From assembly GCF_006345805.1 (NCBI RefSeq), contig NC_043015.1, forward strand, positions 5,766,001-5,830,000: 64,000 nucleotides of DNA. Reading direction: 5' to 3'. Positions 55,259 to 64,000 of the stretch are shown here, in pieces. How positions within the stretch are numbered: the first letter of the stretch is position 1; each line of letters begins with the position of its first letter. The notes under the pieces were generated by a model. The model saw only the letters and a list, made by a program, of their open reading frames with translations, was not told the DNA's origin and made no database searches. The DNA comes from Octopus sinensis (taxonomy: Eukaryota). A program made the translations under genes and the position numbers.

Positions 55259-56238
55259 GTAACTACGAACACCTTTAGCTAGAAAAGAAAAATCAAAACC
55301 GCTTTTGTTTTGTTAAAATGGTATCTTAACTTATCAACAAACCATAGCTCTAGGAAATAAATCCCAAACTGAAGTAAATATTGTGATCACTATGATCTAT
55401 AGAACACATAAAACACTACCGTAGCCTGTTTTATATTACACTAAAAGAGTAATGTAATAAATTAACCCTTGGTATTGCATACAAATGTTTTAACAGATTA
55501 ATATAAATAAGAACTTTAGTTCCATTTCAAAATTACTATTTCTAACAGCGAAAACACCGAACGGCATATAATGCTTTTCAAACTAATAAATTCTGTATAA
55601 ACGCTTTAAGCGTTAATCTGCCTTTGTGACAGCTTACAACGGTTAAACTCCTTAACTTGTCATTGTAGCGGCTATTTATGTGCAAAAACTTTTGTGCATT
55701 CTGAGGAATTAAACGGTGTTCCTGCTTTATTTTATCAGCTTTATGTTCACATTAATATCTTAATTGGCTAAAAACGACGAATTGCTAATTTTTTTTTTCT
55801 CCTGAAGATGATCAAAATTCGTCCGTTCTTTAATTGTTTTAAATTTTTTTTTTATCTTCTAGCTTCATGTTTTCACTGCCGTAAAGTTTTAACAGCAGAG
55901 ATTCATAAAAAAGACTGCTTTTCGTAATGTTTAAATATTCCACTCCCTCCATTTTCACTTCTTGTCACAGACGTTATATGATAGCGAGATATATACTTCC
56001 TTGTCATAAAAAATCAGATATATACTTCCTTGTCATATATAATTTGCATAAAAGAAAAAAAGAGAATAATGTAGAAGTTTCTCCGAGCTCTTATGATTTG
56101 CCAGAAGTGGTAGTCGAGTATACTTTAAATTGCAAAGAGCTCACCTTGAAAATAATGTTTGGCGTATATGTTTCGAAAAAGAACTTTCATGATTTGGGTT
56201 TCGTTTACATGTTTCACCTCCATTAACTTGCAACTAGT

Positions 56239-56540
56239 GGAGACATATGGCTTAGTGGCTAGAACAGCGGACTCGCGGTCGAGGAATCGTGGGTTCGAAT
56301 TTCAGACCGGATGATGTGTGTATTTATGAGCGAAACACCTAAGCTCCACGCGGCTCCAGCAGAAGTTAATGGCGAACTTCTGTTGACTCTTTCGCCACAA
56401 CTATCTCTCACTCTTTCCTCCTGCATCTTGCAGCTCACCTGCGACAGACCGGCGTTCCGTGCAGGTGGAGAACCTATACGCCAAGGAAACCGGAAAACCG
56501 GTCCTTATGACCCAGGCATGGCTCGAGAAGGAACAAAAAT
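56239..56540 (+). mobile_element. SINE family A-related, tail type 3
   Basis: Matches 17345..17640. Confidence 0.85.
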
Positions 56541-57084
56541 ACAAAACAACATGCAACCAACCACCACCTCTAACAATAACAACAACAAAAACAACGCTAT
56601 TTTCAGTATGGATACTATTATTCCTGTTATGGTTTCCGCTGCAATTGTCTACGTTCAACCCTGCCGAATTTAGGCCCTAAGGTATGTTTCGATGCAATAT
56701 AATGCCTAATATAATCCCTTGAATTGATGATGGTGATTTTGATAGTATCAATGACAGTAAGCTGTCAATTTCCGACACAATCCAGGTAAAAGCTCTGTTG
56801 CCGATCTCCAAAAATTTGTCACTAATGCAGACATAGTCGACACCTTTCTTAATGCCACTCTTAGTGATCGATCTTCTTCTCAGTGTATGCTTTCCATTGT
56901 TCGAATGAATATTTACTACTGTACATTGTTGGTTAAATGTAGATCATTTGTCACTTTCTCAACTTAATTCCAGAAATAAAAATTCTCTTACGCACACACT
57001 CTCTGTCCCTTACTCCTGCTATTCATAGATACATACATACGTACACGCGCTCTCACACACATACACACAAATACCTACATACAG

Positions 57085-57099
<15 letters not shown>

Positions 57100-57117
<18 letters not shown>

Positions 57118-58560
57118 TGAAAACAGAATACAAGAACTGCAATAGCAACATCGACAAATACTAGAGAAATATTCAGAAAAATTGAATGTCAAGAAATTAG
57201 CCTCAACCATCAAACAACCCTCAAGAAACTCCTCCCATTCCACCCAAACTGTGCACTTGTGCGATCGAAAATCGTAGTGTGCAAAGCGGAAGAAAGAAGA
57301 TCATCAACACAAAAGCTCGAAAGTCTCGAGAACAAGGCAAAATTTCAGGCAACCAGCCACAGAACCAGAGTACCAGAATACCACCACTACTGGCACTGCC
57401 GACACATCAACAAATAGAAAACAGAAGTAATACCCGTAACAATATCATCAACAGTAAGCCCTTAAAACATTACACATTTCGGAACCATAAGCAACACCGT
57501 TTGTCTGAAGTACCATTCCAGTTTCTTTCTAGTACTAAACAGCGGTATGCTCCCAACGAATCTACTGGACGACTGACAAAAAAAAAAAGAGAAAGAATTA
57601 ATTAGAGGCTCTACACATCTTCATGCTTAAACCGTCACCTCTCTGAAGGTATGGCCTTCACTGCTTGTCCCGACCAACATGTCCAATATAATTTTTGGAT
57701 GAGAGAAGATGGTATACATAGTGGAATATTCAAACTTAGAGCTACATACCGAAATTTAACCTAACAGACAGACAAACCATTCATGAAACAATGCAATAGT
57801 AATTTACCCCAGCTCTTATCTCGGAAGCTACTCATGAAATTGTAGCGAAAATTCTTTAATGACGAAAGTGCTTTCCAAGGTACAAGAAAATAGTATGGTA
57901 TAGCGTTGGTCTGAAAGCTAAATCATCCGCATTTATTTGGAGAGTGGCAATTATCCACTGTCATTTGCATCACTCCGGCCAACATGGTTTTATATATTGA
58001 CGAGTTAACCGTCAGCTCAACCAGAATTTCTAGGACGTGTCCATTATCAACATCTACAAGGTGTACGTATCAATAGGGCAGCCTGGATCAGAGGCCGCGT
58101 TGCAGAGCTGTTTCATCGAGATTAGGAACTCAAAACACAGACCACATTCATGGATCCAAAACATAAACTTGTAGTCATAAAGTTAATCAACACCTTCATA
58201 CTACAGTCCTCTACACTTCGACAGGGGAAAGACATCTAGAAGCTTGTAAATAGTTTGCTCTCTAGCTTTGCGAGAGAAAATTTACGAGGTCTAGATGGTC
58301 TACTGCACCAGTCTTATGCTCACACACCTTTTGGAAGTTTTGGAAGTTTTGAACAACTGACACCAGAACGGTAACATTCCACGTTCTCTGTGATGTCTAG
58401 AATGGATGCGAATGCGGGGTTGGTCTATTACAATTTTCATACCATAAATTTTATGAATGCGGAGATTAACGTTTCATCCAATGTATTAATGGAAGACATA
58501 CAATATTGCGAACAGATCTACAAGCAATACTTTATACCATATACAGCGAGGCTGAATAAC
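57100..58560 (+). mobile_element. Heavily decayed LINE (ORF1 end + APE endonuclease)
   Basis: Scattered APE-like words (AFQGTR, VAII, SIINIYK, SRMD) in broken frames. Confidence 0.4.
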
Positions 58561-59107
58561 AAACCTTCTTTGAGCTACTTTTAAATTTGGATGAATCCTA
58601 AACTTCTAATATAATTAATCGTTGGTCTTCATCGCAGCCAGATACGATGCTGATGTTTCGAGAATGGATCACTGCAATGGACATCCGCATTTACCTGCTG
58701 GTGAGAGTTCAATAGATACTTTGCAGAAAAAATTGAATGAGACATGTTTCCACACACAAAACACTGGATTGTTCAGACACTCAATACAAGTGTATTTTCT
58801 CAGTTCCCGACCTTCTCACTACAATCATATTGTTTATGTAAACCCATTTAACCAACTTTATTTCGTCACTCTTATTGGAGATGTTCCTCCATTTTTCTTC
58901 TATCTTTCCTTTGACTGGGTAGAACAAATTTTGCCTCCAAACCTTTCGACTGCTTTCAATACACAACTTCCTGAAACATAGTATAGACTCAAGAAATGCT
59001 TTCGTTCTCCTCTGCAAAAGGATGGTAATTAGCCCATCCTCACTATACATTCCGCTCATAACCATTCGTTTCGCGAGTAATATTTTCTATTGTACATAAA
59101 CAAACGT

Positions 59108-59403
59108 GGAAGTGCAATGGCCCAGTGATTAGGGCAACGGACACGCTGTTTCGATTCCCAAACCAGGCACTTTGAGTGTTTATTGAGCGAAAACCTCTAA
59201 AGCTCCACGAGGCTCCGGAAGGGGTGGTGGTGATCCCTGCTGTACTCTTTTGCCACAACTTTCTCTCACTCTTTCTTCTGCTGGCCCGCTCCTTAGCAAG
59301 TTGGGTGGCGTCATTTGAAGGCTAAAACAATGCGAAGCGCATTGTGACCAGCGATGTGTAGCAACATCGGATAGCCTGGTCGGTCACGGTGATCACGGTG
59401 ATA
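59108..59403 (+). mobile_element. SINE family A, tail type 2
   Basis: Matches 16339..16650. Confidence 0.85.
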
Positions 59404-60218
59404 TAAACACACACAACAAACATACAAGCACTTAATGTATGCATTCCAGATTATTTCGTTACACATGCACTCATCTAGAACAAGCTTGGCTGGTGACAGT
59501 ACTCGTTTAGCCTTGTCTATTAATAATTTTCAGAGTAAGTAAATTCAACTTGATAATCTAAGATCAAATCTAACAATTTTCAGCAATCATTGATTTGAAA
59601 TTCTTCCAGAAGACATAGAGAACCACTCACATACTACTGTTATTCACAGACCTCACTGAACCAGGATCCTCATTATAATAAGTACCTTGGGAGTTAATCT
59701 AAAAACATAATTAAGTACAAGGGTCTTTGGTATAAGCAGCATGCATAAAAAAAGAGCTTTACTACCTATTGAAACAACACACGAGGGAAATGAAATGAGA
59801 ACGTTATAATTAACAATCTGTAAAATTTGATATAATCTCAATATTATAGTGCTGTGAAAAGACTGCTTAAATTCACATCCCAAACTGAACCAATGTTTGA
59901 CATACTAAAATAAGCCGGTAGTGTCAATATAATTCTTTACAAGATTTGCTTTGAAAGGGGTGAATATGAATTTCTGATGTTCTATTTTTTTTTCTTTTTG
60001 TATGAAATTCAATCTCGTGATCTTAATTAGTAAATAATTTCAGGTAAATGGGTTGAGTCATTCTTTTTATTTACTTCTATAATAGCTGTTATTCTGAAAG
60101 TGATTACTGAAACAAACCATTTGAACGATTAATGAGAAAAAAAATATCCACTCTCAATCAACGTCAAAATGTAGGTAACGATAATCATTATGTATACAGA
60201 AATTGCAGTCATATATAT

Positions 60219-60260
<42 letters not shown>

Positions 60261-60634
60261 ATAAAACAGTAGATTATTTTTCTTTAAATATGAGTTATAA
60301 TTTAATTCGTACTACTTTGTACATATGATGAACACGTATATTATAACAAAATATAAGGCGCAAGACGAACGACGTTGTGGTCCTAATTGGTTTCAAGAGA
60401 TATGGAAATAAATCGAATTACTAACTCATTAGTCGAATTCTTTCTTTGATCTGAACTGGTTCTATGAGGAAATCAGATTTAGGATTAGTTTACGCAAATG
60501 TCATTAGAGATACTGTGAACAATAAATTCGATGTATTGTAATTGAACATAATTTTACTTGGATTGTTCCAAACATATGATGGTCAATCACACTTCATTGC
60601 GCTTGATTGTACCTTACACTGTTCAACTGTCGTT

Positions 60635-60714
<80 letters not shown>

Positions 60715-61269
60715 GCATATATACATACATATATGGACACACCTACATACATATGCATATATGGATACAGGACGTTACAGAACGTAAACAACCTGAAATA
60801 CGAAATACGAAAACATGGAATATGATATGTTTTTGGCGAACAATGAAAGAAACAAGTGGAAAACAAGACGAGCAACACAAAGAACGACCCTTCATCTGTT
60901 GTCGGTTGTTTTTATACTCCGTATTTCGAGCTATTCACACGCACACACACATATAAGAGACTGTCTCACACTTTTGCATTCACCATTCATAAACCATGTT
61001 ACATGTCGTACATGAGATAAAATGTATACATAAATACGTAGTTTTTCTTGCTATCGAAGAATAATTTCCACTCAAACGATTATAATTAAGAAATACGTCA
61101 TACACTGTCTTATATGTTTGCGTTTGTGCTTTTCCCGTATCACCGCTTGATAACCGATGTTCATTTGTGTACTGCCTCGAAACTTGGCCGTTTAGTAAGA
61201 GCGACCAATAGAATAGGCACCAGCTGTAATAAATTGAAGTCTAGGTTCGATTTGCTAGAGGAAAACCCA

Positions 61270-61505
61270 TTTAGATTTCTTCACCACCCACAGGGGGCTA
61301 AAAACATAGGGGACAAACAAGGATAGACAAACGGATTAAGTCGATTATATCGACCCCAGTGCGTAACTGTTACTTAATTTATCGACCCCGAAAGGATGAA
61401 AGGCAAAGTCAATCTCGGCGGAATTTGAACCCAGAACATAACGGCAGACGAAATACGGCTAAGCATTTCGTCCGGCGTGCTAACGTTTCTGCCAGTTCGC
61501 CGCCT
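61270..61505 (-). mobile_element. SINE family C. Other copies at ~33795, ~35050, ~42820, ~43415, ~50262, ~53280
   Basis: GTCGACTTTGCCTTTCATCCTTTC..GTCGAT body block. Confidence 0.85.
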
Positions 61506-62494
61506 TATACAAAATAGATAGCTATGGAAAAATGAAATACATGTTCGGTTTGGTTTCTCTTATGTTTTATATGACGTAAAACTGAATATTTAACAAGGAA
61601 GAAAAGCAACATTTTTATGACTAAGATTTATCCCAATCTTCTTGAGAAATTCATTTCTTTTTGCAATGCATGCGTTTTTGATGGTGATTAAAGCACGTAT
61701 TACATAATTATAATTCATTTCCAAGGAAAAGGTTGAATTTGTTAATTGAGTATGATTAATGGAACTGATAATTTACTTGAAAGTTATTTAAATTTAAACA
61801 GTTAACTGAAAAGATGCCGACTTGGCACGAGTGAATTAAATATTGAAAGCACAGACACATCGTCTACATTACAGAGTTCCGTTACTACAACCGCCTGTAC
61901 TGCCTTATATCAAATTTGAAATGTGAGAATATCTAAATTGATCATCTTATCAAAGTATGTGAGAGTTTCCGTCACATTTGTTCTATAGTAGCTCACATAT
62001 TCCAAAACAGCTTTCTCATATCTGATCCTTCAAGCACACGTCGATATATATATCTGTTCACGAACATAATTACCAAGCAGTCATTACAAGACGACATGTG
62101 AGCTATCAGTTCTAGAATACTTATAAACTAAATCCAGTCAAAATAAATTACAACGAGCGGCAAGATACAAGGAAGATAAGGATTCTGAAAATACTTTACA
62201 TTCACTGCTTATAGTTCGCTAATTCTGATTCTATTTCGATTGATTTAGTTTCATCAAATTTAGATGAGGACAGCGGACCAGTCGCATTTCGTTACGTCAA
62301 AATATACAAGATAACTATTTTTTATAACTAAATTTGAACATCCCACCACACATACATATACAAACACACACATGTATACACATAAGGAAGCTTATATATA
62401 TAAATGTATATATATATATATACATATTACATACACACACACAAACACATATATATTATATATATATACACATGTATGTATGTATATGTGTGTG

Positions 62495-62832
62495 CGTAGT
62501 AAGTAGCTTGCTTCCCAACCTCATGCTTCTGGTTTCAGTCCTTGTGCGTGACACCTTGGCCAAGTGTCTTCTAATATAGCCTTGGACCGACTAAAGCCAT
62601 TGTACATATATGTATATATGCATTTGTGTGCCTCTGTTTGTACCACAGCATCGCTTTACACCCGATGTCGATGTGTTTACGGCCTCCGTAACTTAGCGGT
62701 TCAGCAAAACAGACCGATAGAATAGGTACTAGGCTTACAAAGAATAATTCCTCGGGTCGATTTGTTCGACTAAAGGCGGTGCCCCAGCATGGCCTTAGTC
62801 GAAATAACTGAAACAAGTTAAAGAATAAAAGA
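62495..62832 (+). mobile_element. SINE family B. Further partial copies at ~14660, ~15825, ~16730, ~45300, ~48780, ~50040
   Basis: Same body and tail blocks. Confidence 0.8.
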
Positions 62833-63229
62833 ATATATACACATATTATATATATTATATATTATATATATATTCATAGATAGATAAAAACTATACACTA
62901 TATAAATGAGAATATATGCGTGTATATATGTGTGTATATCGCACAAAGGATTTGAAACGGTGCTTTCGCTAGAAAAACGGATTTGGTTTCCGAAATATGT
63001 GTCTCAACGAGAATGTTTACGATTATTAATAATAAGAAATTACTTGCTACGAGAAATATCTCAACTTTCAGATCACCAAATCTACCTCTGTCTGATTCTC
63101 TTTCTCTCTCTTACGATTTCACTCCCTCTCTCTGTGTATATACCGCACTCACTCTCACTCTTTGACTATTTAGGCATATGTCTCGCGCACGCTCCTCTCC
63201 ACCCCTTTTGATAATGACATGTAATGATT

Positions 63230-63480
63230 TACTTACATTTTATTGAAAACTTCGTCGTTTTAATTTTCTTGCTTTCATTTTGTGATAGACATCTATCACG
63301 CAGAAAATGCTACCTTCTAAATCCTGTTTTAGCATTGGGTAAAAATTATTAAACTTTCAACTTCTGTTACATTTTTTGAAAATTTTCTGGAATCACAAAA
63401 TCGAGTTCAGCTTGAAAACTTATATCAAGATATGAAGTTTGAAAATTCTCACTGAATTTCAAAATTTCAACATCCATGAC
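63230..63480 (+). repeat. Third copy of the dispersed repeat seen at ~580..830
   Basis: GCAGAAAATGCTACCTTCTAAATCCTGTTTT..GGTAAAAATTATTAAACTTT matches ~616..672. Confidence 0.55.
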
Positions 63481-64000
63481 ACCAAAAGAGAAGATCCCCT
63501 CTCTCTATCTGTCAATCTGTCTTTGTTTTTTTACACTTTACTCATTGTAAACTTCTCCCTCTTCATATATTTACACACACTCCCTCTTTCTTAGTAAATG
63601 CACACTGATCATACTGAATGTTTGTGTGTCAGTTTATGTGAATGCATGTGTGTAAAGTATTTCATATGTGGTGACATTGTTGAAAGACATTCACAAAGCA
63701 TGAGCGGTGAGCTCATGAGACACCCGGTACATAAGATGAATCAGTTAGATGCTGTGCACAAGAGCCTCGTTCGTACAGACTTGGGAGTCACGTTGAATTC
63801 AATTCAATATATATATACAAGCAAAAGACGGTGATGAGTTGTCAAACTTAGCGGTTCTCAAAACAACTTGTTCAACCGTCCCATAGGCCTCCCCTTTGAG
63901 AAACAGTGATTTAACCTAAATTTGAGACACCAGCAACAGAAGAAATAAAGATAGACATTATCTATTCCAAGAAAAACAATTTTACAAATGCACGTTCCCA

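Overview
AT-rich, repeat-saturated eukaryotic (animal) DNA. The tRNA-headed SINE families, dense (TA)n/(GATA)n/(GAT)n microsatellites and Penelope content suggest an octopus-like cephalopod (inference only). No host protein-coding exon could be supported, and nearly all ORF-track entries are microsatellite or antisense shadows. The one long real ORF (22760..25474, minus, 904 aa) is a young Penelope-like retroelement (RT + GIY-YIG) with pseudo-LTRs, one of them inverted. Each pseudo-LTR carries a type I hammerhead ribozyme that I folded by eye. About 8 kb away is a non-coding ~540 bp element made of 1.35 copies of a ~400 bp unit with its own intact hammerhead, a retrozyme-like arrangement. Like the Penelope element, it sits inside a (TA)n tract. 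The window also has two tandem Tx1/L1-type LINE 3' ends inside a (GATA)n array, a SINE sharing that LINE's 3' tail, Helitrons (one with a PIF1 helicase remnant), decayed mariner, pogo, RTE and Penelope fragments, MITEs, a long foldback palindrome and a pre-miRNA-like hairpin. Coordinates of decayed repeats are approximate, and all alignments and folds were done by eye.
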